A stretch of DNA of 64,000 bases. It comes from Candidatus Doudnabacteria bacterium RIFCSPHIGHO2_12_FULL_48_16 (GTDB lineage: Bacteria > Patescibacteriota > Doudnabacteria > UBA920 > O2-02-FULL-48-8). The stretch spans positions 123,155 to 187,154 of the forward strand of contig MFEY01000007.1 in assembly GCA_001780035.1 (NCBI GenBank), given 5' to 3'. The notes below the pieces were generated by a model. The model searched no databases. It had not been told where the DNA came from and saw only the letters and a list, made by a program, of their open reading frames with translations. Of this stretch, positions 1 through 10,093 are shown piece by piece. The translations under genes and the position numbers were made by a program. Each line of letters starts with the position of its first letter. Position 1 is the stretch's first letter.

Positions 1-70
1 GAAAAACAAAACTTAGCTAGCTCGATAATTTTATCAATTCGATATTTTTGATAATCAAGGCGGGACATTA

Positions 71-610
71 TTATTTCTGAATTAAGTTATCAATTAATGA
101 TTTTACAATCTGCGCTTCTGCTTGAGTGATATCGCGAGGTACTATGATAGTGAACTTAACCCCTGGACGTAAAGATAAGTCCATCCTGTGCATGTCATTT
201 AAGACAGGCGACGTTAAACTAGATTCCGTTGATGCAATTTGTTCCTCGGTAGAGGTGGAGATAGATTTTGGAGTCCCTTGCTTTTTTGAACGAATTATAA
301 GTTTAGGTTTCCAGTTAACCATTTTAGTAGGATCAATTCCGTATAGCTCATAGTCTCCTAAAACCTTATTCACTCGAGACTTATATGTTGCCAGGGAACT
401 AAAATTAAAATTTGGATTCTTGGCGACAACGCTTTGGTAAATTTGGTCCAAATTTTCTTTGAATTTATCTAAGGAATTAGCCTCATCTTCATTCAACTGC
501 TCCTGAAAGATTTTAAGAGCAGCTTTCAATCCTTGCGCTGTGCTTTCGGGATATTTACGATTTTTAACAGCGGCATCTATAAAATCAAACAACTGTTGAA
601 ACTTTTTCAT
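71..610 (-). CDS. hypothetical protein (AT-rich; helical N-domain, low-complexity linker, small C-domain)
   Basis: 179-aa ORF with AAGGA upstream; no family confidently recognised. Confidence 0.7.
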   Translation of the reverse strand: MKKFQQLFDFIDAAVKNRKYPESTAQGLKAALKIFQEQLNEDEANSLDKFKENLDQIYQSVVAKNPNFNFSSLATYKSRVNKVLGDYELYGIDPTKMVNWKPKLIIRSKKQGTPKSISTSTEEQIASTESSLTSPVLNDMHRMDLSLRPGVKFTIIVPRDITQAEAQIVKSLIDNLIQK

Positions 611-763
611 ATGATTAATCCTTATTAATTGAGGTATTTACATTATATACCTAGACGCCAGACGCTGTCAAGATAGATAAGACGAGAATTAGCTAGAAAA
701 GGCTTAAAATAACCAAATAATACGAATATCCACGAAATCCATCTGGAATATCTAGGGCAAATC

Positions 764-789
764 AAAAACAGGCCTTTCGGCCCGTTTTT
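764..789. terminator. intrinsic terminator after pnp
   Basis: AAAAACAGGC-CTTTCG-GCCCGTTTTT hairpin with A/T tracts just past the pnp stop. Confidence 0.7.
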
Positions 790-796
790 GATTAAA

Positions 797-3013
797 CTAA
801 TGTCTTGGTTTGAAGCCGCCGCGGCCGCCGTGATCATCACGTCGGGGTGGTCTCGGTCGGTCATACGGCCGTTCATCGATGGTGCCGCCTTCAGGGCGCG
901 GGATCAAAATTTTGTGCGACAGGTTGATGCGACCCATGTGGTCGATTTCAATTACCTTCACTTCCAGTTCATCGCCGAGTTTGACCACATCTTCGACTCT
1001 GCCGACGCGCTGCCATGCCAGTTCCGAAATATGGCACATGCCGTCTTTGCCGCCGGCCAGTTCGACAAAAGCGCCGAAGTCCATGATACGGACCACTTTA
1101 CCTTTGAACACTTCGCCGATCTTAATGTCGCGGGTTAAGTTATGGATAATCTCCAAAGCCTTTTTCATACCTTCGGCATTGTTGGAAGTGACGAGGACCA
1201 AACCGGAGTCTTCGATATCGATCTTCACGCCCGTGTCGGCAATGATCTTGTTGATGATCTTACCGCCAGAACCGATGACATCGCGGATTTTTTCCGGATT
1301 GATCTGCATGGTTTCAATGCGCGGGGCGAGCGGTGACATTTCTGCTCGAGGAGCAGCAATGGTTTTCTTCATCACGTCCAGAATATGCATGCGGCCATCT
1401 TTGGCTTGCTTTAAGGCTTGATCCAAAATTTCCACCGTGAGGCCTTTGGTCTTCACATCCATCTGCATGGCAGTAATGCCCTTTTCCGAGCCCGTGACTT
1501 TGAAGTCCATGTCGCCGTTGGAATCTTCAATGCCCTGAATGTCGGTGAGCACTTTAAATTTGCCAGTTGGCACATCGAGCACCAAACCCATGGCCACGCC
1601 GCCAATCATGGTTTCAATCGGCACCCCCGCATCCATCAGGGCCAAGGTTGAACCGCAAGTGGAAGCCATGGAGGTCGAGCCATTGGAACCCAAGGCTTCG
1701 GAAACCAATCGTAATGTGTAAGGAAACTTTTCTTTCGGCGGCATCACGACTTCCACGGCGCGTTCAGCCAAAGCACCATGCCCGACTTCCCGCCGGCCTG
1801 GGCCGCGGATCGGCGCGACTTCGCCCACGGAGTAACCGGGAAAATTGTAGTGATGGATATAGCGCTTGACTGTCCCATCCACGGTAAAGTCTTCCATGCC
1901 ATCCAGAATCTGGGCATCGCCAGATGATCCTAACGTCACTGTGGTTAGAATCTGAGTTTCACCGCGATTAAACAGGGCGGAGCCGTGAGTGCGAGGCAGG
2001 ATCCCCACTTCGCAGGACACTGGCCGGGTCACGGTCAGTTTGCGTTCATCGACGCGCAGCTCTTTGTCCAAAATATTGGCGCGCACCACTTTCTTGGTCA
2101 GCTTATCGAGAGCCAAGTTCGTATGTTGTTTCAAATTCAGTTCAGTATTTTCCTTAAAGGCTTCGGCAATGTGCACTTGAGTTTCTTCGCGCACGGCATC
2201 AGCCTGCTTTTCTCGAACTTCTTTCGGGAACGTGCCATACAAAGCTGTCTGGAGTTTATCTTTGGCAAAGTTTTCCACGGCGTCCAAAATCTTCTCATCC
2301 GCCAAGACGCGCTTAACTTCCGCTTTGGGCTCCCCGACCTGCTTAATCAGATCTTCCTGCATTTTAATCAAAGCGGCCAGATGCGGCTGGGCAAACTTGA
2401 TGGCGGCGATCATATCGTCTTCGGTGATCTGCTTCGCCCCGGCTTCCACCATCAAAATATGGTTGGTCGTGCCGGAAACAACCAAGTCGAGATCGCCAGC
2501 TTCGCGTTCTTTGTAAGAAGCGTTCAGGATAAACTTGCCGTCCACGCGGCCCACCCGCACCGCGGCAATGGGGCCGTCAAACGGAATGCGGGAGATGCAC
2601 AAGGCGGCGGAGGAAGCGGTTACGGCCAAGACATCCGGATCATTGACTTCATCCACAGAAAAAATCGTGGCCACGACCTGCACGTCGTTGCGCATGCCGT
2701 CCGGAAACAAAGGACGAATGGTGCGGTCAATCAGCCGACCCGAAAGAATCGCTTCATCCGTGGCACGGCCTTCGCGCTTAATAAACCGCGAGCCTTTGAT
2801 CTTGCCTGAGGCATAAAGCCGTTCCTCATAATCAACCAAGAGCGGGAAATAATCCATGCCCTCGCGCAAACCCTTACTCATGACGGCCGTGGCTAAGACC
2901 ACGGTGTCGCCGAGCTTGGCCAAGACCGAACCATCGGCCTGCAAGGCCAAAACCCCGGTTTCGAAGGAAATCTTCGTGCCGGCTAAATCTTGTTCTACTT
3001 TCGCTTTCTTCAT
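797..3013 (-). CDS. pnp: polyribonucleotide nucleotidyltransferase (PNPase)
   Basis: two RNase PH domains (FIKREGR, RTHGSALF, SNGSTSMAS, GDMDFKV), KH and S1 domains; next to rpsO. Confidence 0.98.
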   Translation of the reverse strand: MKKAKVEQDLAGTKISFETGVLALQADGSVLAKLGDTVVLATAVMSKGLREGMDYFPLLVDYEERLYASGKIKGSRFIKREGRATDEAILSGRLIDRTIRPLFPDGMRNDVQVVATIFSVDEVNDPDVLAVTASSAALCISRIPFDGPIAAVRVGRVDGKFILNASYKEREAGDLDLVVSGTTNHILMVEAGAKQITEDDMIAAIKFAQPHLAALIKMQEDLIKQVGEPKAEVKRVLADEKILDAVENFAKDKLQTALYGTFPKEVREKQADAVREETQVHIAEAFKENTELNLKQHTNLALDKLTKKVVRANILDKELRVDERKLTVTRPVSCEVGILPRTHGSALFNRGETQILTTVTLGSSGDAQILDGMEDFTVDGTVKRYIHHYNFPGYSVGEVAPIRGPGRREVGHGALAERAVEVVMPPKEKFPYTLRLVSEALGSNGSTSMASTCGSTLALMDAGVPIETMIGGVAMGLVLDVPTGKFKVLTDIQGIEDSNGDMDFKVTGSEKGITAMQMDVKTKGLTVEILDQALKQAKDGRMHILDVMKKTIAAPRAEMSPLAPRIETMQINPEKIRDVIGSGGKIINKIIADTGVKIDIEDSGLVLVTSNNAEGMKKALEIIHNLTRDIKIGEVFKGKVVRIMDFGAFVELAGGKDGMCHISELAWQRVGRVEDVVKLGDELEVKVIEIDHMGRINLSHKILIPRPEGGTIDERPYDRPRPPRRDDHGGRGGFKPRH

Positions 3014-3028
3014 TTGGTAACCTTTTGT

Positions 3029-3128
3029 TTCCGCGATTGTGCTTTGAGCACAGAAGTTGTATGAAACTATAATTTATAATCTAAAATTATAATCTCGTAC
3101 AGCCTCTTTGCTATCAGCACTCACGGAA
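3029..3128 (-). promoter_or_regulatory. long imperfect stem-loop in the pnp leader (candidate RNase III site)
   Basis: ~45-bp arms TTCCGCGATTGTGCT..TATAATTT / AAATTATA..AGCACTCACGGAA. Confidence 0.65.
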
Positions 3129-3202
3129 TTAATTGTTAAATTAGCGGACAGCGTGTAGTGTTGAGCGTACAGTTCTGAACGCTGTATGCTGCCCGCTGAC
3201 CC

Positions 3203-3469
3203 CTACTTATTAAGTTTTAACTTGTCTGTCAATTTGTCCCAGCGCTTCTCGTCCTCGGCTTTGAGGTAACGCAGCAGCCGGCGGCGGTTGCCAACCATCT
3301 TGAGGAGCCCGCGGCGGGAATGGTTATCTTTCTTGTGCTCGTTGAGATGCTCGGAAACCTTTTCGATTTCACGGGTCAGAATCGCAACCTGCACTTCGGG
3401 AGATCCCGTATCGTCCTTGTGCACCTGGAACTTCTTAATAATTTGTTCTTTTTCCTTGGGCGTTAACAT
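3203..3469 (-). CDS. rpsO: 30S ribosomal protein S15
   Basis: [29 protein letters not shown] motifs. Confidence 0.99.
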   Translation of the reverse strand: MLTPKEKEQIIKKFQVHKDDTGSPEVQVAILTREIEKVSEHLNEHKKDNHSRRGLLKMVGNRRRLLRYLKAEDEKRWDKLTDKLKLNK

Positions 3470-3532
3470 GTAGTGCCTCTCTTGCCACGCGATAGCTAGG
3501 AAATCGCCATCCGTGGATTTAATAACAAAATA

Positions 3533-3561
3533 ATTCTAGCATAATTGCGTTTCTTTTGCAA
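3533..3561 (-). promoter_or_regulatory. sigma70 promoter of rpsO-pnp
   Basis: TTGCAA-17-TAGAAT with TG extension. Confidence 0.6.
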
Positions 3562-3640
3562 GATTGACTAAGGAGGCTCAAAGCCTTATTATTATCAATC
3601 GAGTCGTAATAATCGATAGGTGAAAAAAACAGGAGGAGAT

Positions 3641-3943
3641 ATGACACTGTTCCGTGAGGCCTTACGACTGCTGGAGGTCGAGGCTGGATTTCTCGCTCGC
3701 GGCACCAGGGCCCTGGCCGAGATGCGCCAGGGTGGCGAATTGCTGGAACTGATCTTTGACGCTACCACGAGCCCGTTCAAATACGGACTGGAGTTGCTGG
3801 GCAGGCTTCTGACTGCTTCTGATGAACTGTCTTCGGATGAACAGCTCGAGACCGTGGCGCTGGCCCGCAAACTCCAGGCGGATTACCCGGACATCCCCAA
3901 GATCCTGGAAGTGACCAGCGGCATCATCGCCAAGCACGGTTAA
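3641..3943 (+). CDS. hypothetical protein (GC-rich orphan)
   Basis: AGGAGG SD before ATG 3641; hairpin plus T-run at ~3969-4010. Confidence 0.65.
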   Translation: MTLFREALRLLEVEAGFLARGTRALAEMRQGGELLELIFDATTSPFKYGLELLGRLLTASDELSSDEQLETVALARKLQADYPDIPKILEVTSGIIAKHG

Positions 3944-4090
3944 GCCGGAGACGGTAACTAACACAGCTAGACCAGCTTTCGTGGGCAACCGCGAAGCTGG
4001 TTCTTTTTTTATTTCAATTTTGCTATAATTATTGTGCGACATAAAGCAAAATTCCAAATGACAAATAACAAATCCGATTGAACTTATTAA

Positions 4091-4148
4091 CCCCCTCATC
4101 TGTCCGATCTAGGGATCGGACATCTTCTCCCGCGAGGGGAGAAGATGA
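4091..4148. repeat. REP-like palindromic cluster
   Basis: TGTCCGATC..GATCGGACA and CATCTTCTCCC-GCGAG-GGGAGAAGATG hairpins. Confidence 0.6.
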
Positions 4149-4158
4149 AATGTAAAAA

Positions 4159-5142
4159 ATGACAGAATCCAAAACTAAACTTCAGCGCTACTCTCTCCAA
4201 TTCCTAGAGTATCTCGAGATCGAGCGCAATCGATCCAAGCTCACTTTGCGCAATTATGACCACTACCTCAAGAGGTTTGTGGATTTTTGCGCCAAACAGG
4301 GCGTGACGGATCCGGAAGATATCGATCTGGAATTGGTGCGATCCTATCGCCTCTTCCTCAATCGGCTGAGCCCAAAGGACAAAACGCTCAAAGTCATCAC
4401 CCAAAATTATCATTTGATTTCCCTGCGCAGTTTCCTGAAATATCTGGCCAAGCGCGATATCAGCTCGCTCGCCCCGGAAAAAATCGAACTACCCAAAACC
4501 CCGGCACGGCATCCGGAATTCCTAAACACCGAAGAAGTCGAACGGCTGATCGAGGCCACCCAGTCCGAAAAAAACAAACTGACCCGGCTGCGCGACGAGG
4601 CTATTTTCAAAACCCTGTTTTCCACCGGCCTGCGCATTTCGGAACTGACCAACCTCAAGCAGGACCAGGTCAACTTAAAGCGCGGCGAATTCAGCGTGCG
4701 CGGCAAGGGCGACAAGTTGCGCGTCGTTTTCCTCTCGGATGAATCAGCGCAAGCCTTGGCCAAATACCTGGAGGCGCGCGAGGATAATTCCAAATATTTA
4801 TTCATCCGCCACAAAGCCAAAGAGTCGGTGGAGAAACAAATCGAATCCATGGGCGAGGTCAAAAACGGGTTAACGCCCCGCTCCATCCAGCGCCTGATCA
4901 AAAAATATGTAAAAATTGCGGACATGTCCGCCGGAGGCGGATCCGCCCTTGGCGGAAAAAAAATCACCCCGCACACTTTGCGGCATAGTTTTGCCACTGA
5001 TTTGCTGGCCAATGGCGCAGACATCCGGGCGGTGCAAGAAATGCTCGGCCATGCTTCAATTTCTACCACGCAAATCTATACTCATTTAACCAATAAACGC
5101 CTCCACGACATCCACGAACAATTTCACAATAAGGGGAAGTAA
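4159..5142 (+). CDS. XerC/XerD-like tyrosine recombinase with a 10-aa palindrome-derived insert
   Basis: SAM-like N-domain; TGLRISEL, GKGDKLR, HTLRHSFAT, LGH, TTQIYTH catalytic motifs. Confidence 0.95.
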   Translation: MTESKTKLQRYSLQFLEYLEIERNRSKLTLRNYDHYLKRFVDFCAKQGVTDPEDIDLELVRSYRLFLNRLSPKDKTLKVITQNYHLISLRSFLKYLAKRDISSLAPEKIELPKTPARHPEFLNTEEVERLIEATQSEKNKLTRLRDEAIFKTLFSTGLRISELTNLKQDQVNLKRGEFSVRGKGDKLRVVFLSDESAQALAKYLEAREDNSKYLFIRHKAKESVEKQIESMGEVKNGLTPRSIQRLIKKYVKIADMSAGGGSALGGKKITPHTLRHSFATDLLANGADIRAVQEMLGHASISTTQIYTHLTNKRLHDIHEQFHNKGK

Positions 5143-5250
5143 CTCCCCCGCTGACCCTAGACTAACGCACCCCCTCTTATTTTAAGAGGGGGTGATTTTA
5201 AAAACCTCCCCTTAATATAAGGGGAGGTGGCCCGAAGGGCCGGAGGGGTT
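5143..5250. repeat. REP-like palindromic cluster between convergent genes
   Basis: CCCCTCTTA..TAAGAGGGG, ACCTCCCCTTA..TAAGGGGAGGT, GGCCC-GAA-GGGCC. Confidence 0.65.
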
Positions 5251-7048
5251 ATACTACCGCAAATTCTTTTTCCTTCGAGGCGATCTGCTGGCGCCAGAGG
5301 GCGGCGTATAAACCATGTTGGTTCAACAAACCATCGTGGCTGCCCTGCTCCACCAGTTTGCCTTTTTCCAAAACATAAATCATATCCGCGTGCATGATGG
5401 TGCTTAAACGATGCGCCACCAGGACATTGATATGGCTAGCGCGCTGTTTTTCGATTTCCTTAATCGTCTGGGTGATTTGCTCTTCCGTAATCGAGTCCAG
5501 GCTCGAAGTGGCTTCGTCGAAAATCAGCAAATCCGGGTCGCGCAGCAGGGCTCGCGCAATCGCCAGGCGCTGCTTTTCCCCGCCGGAAAGCTTAAGTCCG
5601 CCCTCGCCGATTTTGGTTTCTAAGCCTTGGCCGCCCGCCTGCAACGCCCTGCTTGCAGTGGCGGGCAGGCCGCGATCCAATAGACTGTCGGCCGCCGCCG
5701 CCCGCAGGGCTGCCAAACATTGCTCATCCGTAGCATTCGGGCTGGCAAACAACAAATTCTCTCGGATCGTACCGGCGAATAACTGGGTGTCCTGGGCGAC
5801 CAGGCCGATGCGGTTACGGAATTTTTCCATATCGATTTGCCGCACGTCAGTGCCGGCGAATTCGATCCGGCCGCCGGTCGGCTTATACAATCCCACAATC
5901 AATTTGACCAGGGTGGTCTTCCCGCTCCCTGACGGGCCGACAAAGGCCACGGTCTGCCCGGATTTGATTTCCACATTAATGTTTTCCAAAGCCGGCTTGT
6001 CCGCCGTCTCGTATTTAAAACTGACCTCCTGGAAGCTGATTGCTTCCAGTTTTTTGATCACCACGGGCTTCTCCGGCTTGGCCTCGGGTTGGATTCTAAG
6101 AATCTCGTCGAGCCGGTCCAGGCTGGCTTTGGCTTCCTGATACTGCTGAGCGACTTCGCCCAAGCTGGCCAGCGGGTTGAAGATAAAAAAAGAATAAAAC
6201 AGCAAACTGAAAAATTGACCGAATGTCACGGCCCCGGTATAAATCAGCCAGAGCATCAAAAACATCAACGCGGACCGAAGCGCGTTGATCATCGTCCCCT
6301 GAATAAAGCTGAACTTGCGGATAATCTTAATTTTTTCCAGCTCCAAAGTCAGAATTTGGCTGTTGGTATCGTTGAGTCGCTTAATTTCCTGATTCTCCAG
6401 CCCCAAGCTTTTGACCAATTCAACATTGCGGAGCGTTTCGGTGGTCGAGCCGGCCAGAGCCGCGGTTTCTGTGATAATCCGAACCTGGGCCGCTTTGATT
6501 TTTCGGCTGATCAAATAAGTCGTGCCGCCGAGAACCGGAATAATCAAAAAATAAACGAGGCCAACCATCCAATTGACATACAGGGCATAAGCCACAACGA
6601 AAACGATGCCGACCAGCGACAGGAACAAAATATTGACGCTGCTGGTGATAAACAACTGCGCATCAGTCCGGGCTTTTTGCAGTTTCTGCAAAAACTCGCC
6701 CGACCGCTGGTCTTCAAACACGGCATAGGGCAGCGAAAACGAATGTTGAACGCTGTGCGAATACATCTGGGTGCCAACTTTCTGCACCACGACATTCAAA
6801 TAGTAATCCTGAAAATTTTTGGCAATGCGCGAAACAAGCGCCACCCCCACGGTGCCGAGGAGCAACAAGAGCACACCATGGAGAAAATCGCCGCGGGACA
6901 ATTCCCTGGCCCGGCTGATGTAATTATCCACCAACAGCCGGAAAATCTGCGGATCCAACAGCGAAAAGACCTGGTTGACCACGGCCAGAGCCAGGGTGCC
7001 AAACAAGATTTTTTTATAGCGTTTAAGGTAGGACCAGAGGAGTTTCAT
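5249..7048 (-). CDS. ABC exporter, fused permease/ATPase
   Basis: TM domain; GPSGSGKT, LSGGEKQR, DEATSSLD, AHRLST. Confidence 0.95.
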   Translation of the reverse strand: MKLLWSYLKRYKKILFGTLALAVVNQVFSLLDPQIFRLLVDNYISRARELSRGDFLHGVLLLLLGTVGVALVSRIAKNFQDYYLNVVVQKVGTQMYSHSVQHSFSLPYAVFEDQRSGEFLQKLQKARTDAQLFITSSVNILFLSLVGIVFVVAYALYVNWMVGLVYFLIIPVLGGTTYLISRKIKAAQVRIITETAALAGSTTETLRNVELVKSLGLENQEIKRLNDTNSQILTLELEKIKIIRKFSFIQGTMINALRSALMFLMLWLIYTGAVTFGQFFSLLFYSFFIFNPLASLGEVAQQYQEAKASLDRLDEILRIQPEAKPEKPVVIKKLEAISFQEVSFKYETADKPALENINVEIKSGQTVAFVGPSGSGKTTLVKLIVGLYKPTGGRIEFAGTDVRQIDMEKFRNRIGLVAQDTQLFAGTIRENLLFASPNATDEQCLAALRAAAADSLLDRGLPATASRALQAGGQGLETKIGEGGLKLSGGEKQRLAIARALLRDPDLLIFDEATSSLDSITEEQITQTIKEIEKQRASHINVLVAHRLSTIMHADMIYVLEKGKLVEQGSHDGLLNQHGLYAALWRQQIASKEKEFAVV

Positions 7049-7072
7049 AATTTTTCTCCGCACTCAATCAGC

Positions 7073-7948
7073 TTACTCATCAATCACGTTGACCTTGATC
7101 GTATAATTTTTTCTGAGATCGCCGGAGCCAAAGACCGCGAACTCCATCGATTGATCGGCTTTGAACGAAACGGTCTTGCTTGTTCCGGCCGGGATCAGCC
7201 CGGTATCGATATCCTGGCTTTTGAACGCCAGGCCGCCGGAGAGGACGTTGGCATTGGAAACGATAAATGTCAGTTCCGCGATGTCGCCAGATACAACTTC
7301 AATCGGATTGGGACTGGCACCGGTATCGTCCGCAGCTATGTTCCAGTTGACGATCGCCGTAGAAGTTGAGCTGGCGGGATTGAGTTCAAGGCTTCTCAAA
7401 ACCCGCAGTATCAGTTCTCGGTTTTCGACCACCAGTGGCTCCTGATCAAGACTGCAGCTGGCAAAAACCATGGCGGCGGTCTGGTTGCCCAGAGGCGCCT
7501 GCACGACTTTTTTGGTGCAATCCGCGCCAATTTCCTGATACTGATAACCAATTCGGCCGGAAACATTGAGAGCTGAAGCGTTATTCACTTTCCGCAAGGA
7601 TTCGTTGACGATATTTTTGGGATCAAACTGCTGGTCAAAAACTTCCGCGGTAATCGTGCCGCCGGCGCTGCTGGCCAAAAACAATCTGGTGATCTTACCG
7701 ACTTTGACTGGGTTGGTGTTGGATTCAAAAATATTTTTGGGATAGGAAAATTTCAAGCCATAGGTTTTATTTTCAAGATCTCCCCATTCATAATCAATCT
7801 GGGGTTCCGCCACGGCGCTGCCTTTAATCGGCTGCGGGATATTTGTGCGGCGGTGGATCAGCCAGAAACTGAAAGCAAACAAAACCATGGCCACTGAAAT
7901 CATAATGACCAAAACCGTGTATCGAGACTGTCGTAGAGTCTTTGGCAT
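7073..7948 (-). CDS. membrane-anchored protein, possible C-terminal cupredoxin-like domain
   Basis: N-terminal TM helix; start chosen 6 nt after TATAGT. Confidence 0.7.
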   Translation of the reverse strand: MPKTLRQSRYTVLVIMISVAMVLFAFSFWLIHRRTNIPQPIKGSAVAEPQIDYEWGDLENKTYGLKFSYPKNIFESNTNPVKVGKITRLFLASSAGGTITAEVFDQQFDPKNIVNESLRKVNNASALNVSGRIGYQYQEIGADCTKKVVQAPLGNQTAAMVFASCSLDQEPLVVENRELILRVLRSLELNPASSTSTAIVNWNIAADDTGASPNPIEVVSGDIAELTFIVSNANVLSGGLAFKSQDIDTGLIPAGTSKTVSFKADQSMEFAVFGSGDLRKNYTIKVNVIDE

Positions 7949-8001
7949 GCTTTCACTATAACAAAAAACGGGCGGATTGCCCATTTTTTGAATCAATTTG
8001 A

Positions 8002-8226
8002 TTATTTATTGCCCATGTCATTCGTGCACGCTCTGCAGTTCGATTTGTGGGTAAAAACTTCATAAACCGCCGCGAGCCCAACCAGCACATAAATCACGTT
8101 CAGCACAGTCATACTCAGGCCCCAGGTGGCGATATCCCAATTCCAGACCTTGAGCAGCCAGTTAAGGCCGCCAATCACGAGCAGAACGAAAGAAACTGAG
8201 TGTAGACCTTTGTGATGTCCCATCAT
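8002..8226 (-). CDS. DUF378-type small membrane protein
   Basis: LLVIGGLNW..IYVLVGLAA; AAAGGGGGTGA SD. Confidence 0.85.
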   Translation of the reverse strand: MMGHHKGLHSVSFVLLVIGGLNWLLKVWNWDIATWGLSMTVLNVIYVLVGLAAVYEVFTHKSNCRACTNDMGNK

Positions 8227-8287
8227 TTGTTGTTCACCCCCTTTACGATAAAGGATTGCTTGTGTTCAGTATAACACGATAACAAGG

Positions 8288-8932
8288 TTATTTAAGCTTC
8301 TCGTCGATTTTTAATTTCAGAGTTTCAAACACCGGAACCCCGACCATTTTTTCATCGTTGAGGAAAAATGAGGGCGTGGAATTGATTTTCAGCGCTTCAC
8401 CATCGGCTCGGTCGGTTTTAATCACGTTGGCAAATTTTTGCTGATCCAACGCTTGGCGGAATTTGGTGACATCCAATCCCAAACTTTCCGCATAACCAAT
8501 CAGGAAACCTTCCGCCTGTGAACCTGCCCATTCGCTTTGCTTTTCATACAGCAAATCGTGCATTTCCCAAAACTTGCCCTGCTCGGCTGCGGCCTCGGCC
8601 GCCTCGGATGAAATTTCGGCGGCATTGTGGATCTCAGTCAGCGGAAAATTCCGAAAAACGAAAGTAAAATCCGGATTGTCTTTGTAGGCTTCAACGATCT
8701 GTTTGAGCACCGGGTGCGCCGCGGCGCAGGCCGGACATTGATAATCGCCGAATTCCACCAGCGTGACTTTGGCCCTGGCTCCGTGAGTGCCGTGGCTGTC
8801 ATCGCGAACCAGTTTGCCCAAATCCGCCGGTGGCACGAATTTTTCCGTTTTCGGGCCGAACTTGGCCAGCGCCCAGCCGCCGAGGATTATTACCAGGCCG
8901 ACGCCGATTAAAATCTTGGCTTCTTTATTCAT
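8288..8932 (-). CDS. dsbA: DsbA-family thiol-disulfide oxidoreductase
   Basis: EFGDYQCPAC, FRNFPL, cis-Pro STP. Confidence 0.9.
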   Translation of the reverse strand: MNKEAKILIGVGLVIILGGWALAKFGPKTEKFVPPADLGKLVRDDSHGTHGARAKVTLVEFGDYQCPACAAAHPVLKQIVEAYKDNPDFTFVFRNFPLTEIHNAAEISSEAAEAAAEQGKFWEMHDLLYEKQSEWAGSQAEGFLIGYAESLGLDVTKFRQALDQQKFANVIKTDRADGEALKINSTPSFFLNDEKMVGVPVFETLKLKIDEKLK

Positions 8933-9030
8933 CCCGTTTAGAAATTTCCATAGTTAATAATTAAATTATTCATAATCCTTAGGGTTAAATATTCTATCAC
9001 AAATATACTTCGGGTCAAATTTCTAACGGG
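8933..9030. mobile_element. MITE-like element copy 1 (TIR CCCGTT(T)AGAAAT; 6-bp TSD)
   Basis: ATTCAT at 8927-8932 and 9031-9036 flanks inverted ends. Confidence 0.7.
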
Positions 9031-9448
9031 ATTCATGTTTTTTAAGATTAATGATCATGATAACGTTAATGGTCAAAAAAGAAAGCAGGGACAGCAACGG
9101 AATAGTAACGAAACTCAGCCATTCAATCTGCCGGGTCGTGCAAGAGATGCCGATCGTGCAAGGCGCCAAAGATTCCGGGATAAGATTGTAATAAAGCAGG
9201 TTGTGATAAATTGAAATCGCCAGGCCAATCAAGGAAAGCGGCAAGACATACAGCGGTAGATTGCTATCTTTTTTTAAAATCCCGACGGCAATTATGGCCA
9301 CCAGCGGATACATGAAAATGCGCTGATACCAGCACAAAACACAGGGCGGCAGGCTCATAATATATTGAAAATACAAACTGCCGGTCGTCGCCAGCGCTGC
9401 AATGATCCAGGCCGCATACGAACCATATTTATGGAATAAATTTGTCAT
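9023..9448 (-). CDS. dsbB: disulfide bond formation protein (DsbB/BdbC)
   Basis: PCVLCWYQRIFMYP and a second Cys pair. Confidence 0.92.
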   Translation of the reverse strand: MTNLFHKYGSYAAWIIAALATTGSLYFQYIMSLPPCVLCWYQRIFMYPLVAIIAVGILKKDSNLPLYVLPLSLIGLAISIYHNLLYYNLIPESLAPCTIGISCTTRQIEWLSFVTIPLLSLLSFLTINVIMIINLKKHESR

Positions 9449-9463
9449 ATTTTGGCTAATTTT

Positions 9464-10084
9464 TTAAATTCTCAGTTTGATTATATTACTTTCATAGAAC
9501 GAATACAAATGGTAAATGCTGCCGGCCGTCAACAGATGAAACGCGCCACGGCCATTAAAAATCTGCCGCGGATCGCAATAAATTTTATTGACATCCAGGA
9601 GCCAAAAAATCGTGCCGACAGTAAGCAGCGCCATGGCCGGATTGCGGATCAGTTCGGGCTGGCTGGCCAAGACCGCCAGGACGAAGCCGCCAATAATCAG
9701 CGTCCCGGTATACCCGCGGAATAAAACGATTGCTGCCATGGCGCCCACTATCACAAGAATTTGAAAAATTATCAGCTTCCTGGCGGCAATCTTGTTTTTC
9801 AGATTCAAAAATATCAAGGTGTGCAAAAAAATATAAATGGCGAACAGATCCAGCAACTGTGTCACGAAATTATCCTTGGTATCATAAGCAAAGGACATGC
9901 TGGCAATGAACAACAACAATCCGGCGAAAATTTGCGATAATCGGCTGCCCCGGCCTTTGACCAGTATCGCAACCGCAGCGAAACCATAGGCAAAATTGCT
10001 AACCGCATAAAACGGCCGGGCAATCAGCCAGTTGCCGGCCTTCTCGCAGTATTCGATTGTTGCCGGTAAATTTAAAAACTCCAT
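9464..10084 (-). CDS. ceramidase/CREST-like membrane hydrolase
   Basis: YCE..P...SN N-terminal motif, multiple TM; some His ligands look substituted. Confidence 0.6.
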   Translation of the reverse strand: MEFLNLPATIEYCEKAGNWLIARPFYAVSNFAYGFAAVAILVKGRGSRLSQIFAGLLLFIASMSFAYDTKDNFVTQLLDLFAIYIFLHTLIFLNLKNKIAARKLIIFQILVIVGAMAAIVLFRGYTGTLIIGGFVLAVLASQPELIRNPAMALLTVGTIFWLLDVNKIYCDPRQIFNGRGAFHLLTAGSIYHLYSFYESNIIKLRI

Positions 10085-10093
10085 TTTTAATTT

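Noticed and set aside
4159-5142. Xer recombinase as the array's integrase or an integron integrase
   Set aside because: It is over 20 kb away and looks like housekeeping Xer. Its extra segment is a palindrome insert, not the IntI-specific domain.
6089-7369. 426-aa + strand ORF and similar long antisense ORFs (1985-2809, 13249-14256, 49449-50192, 60521-61273)
   Set aside because: They are shadows of well-supported opposite-strand genes and have no motifs.
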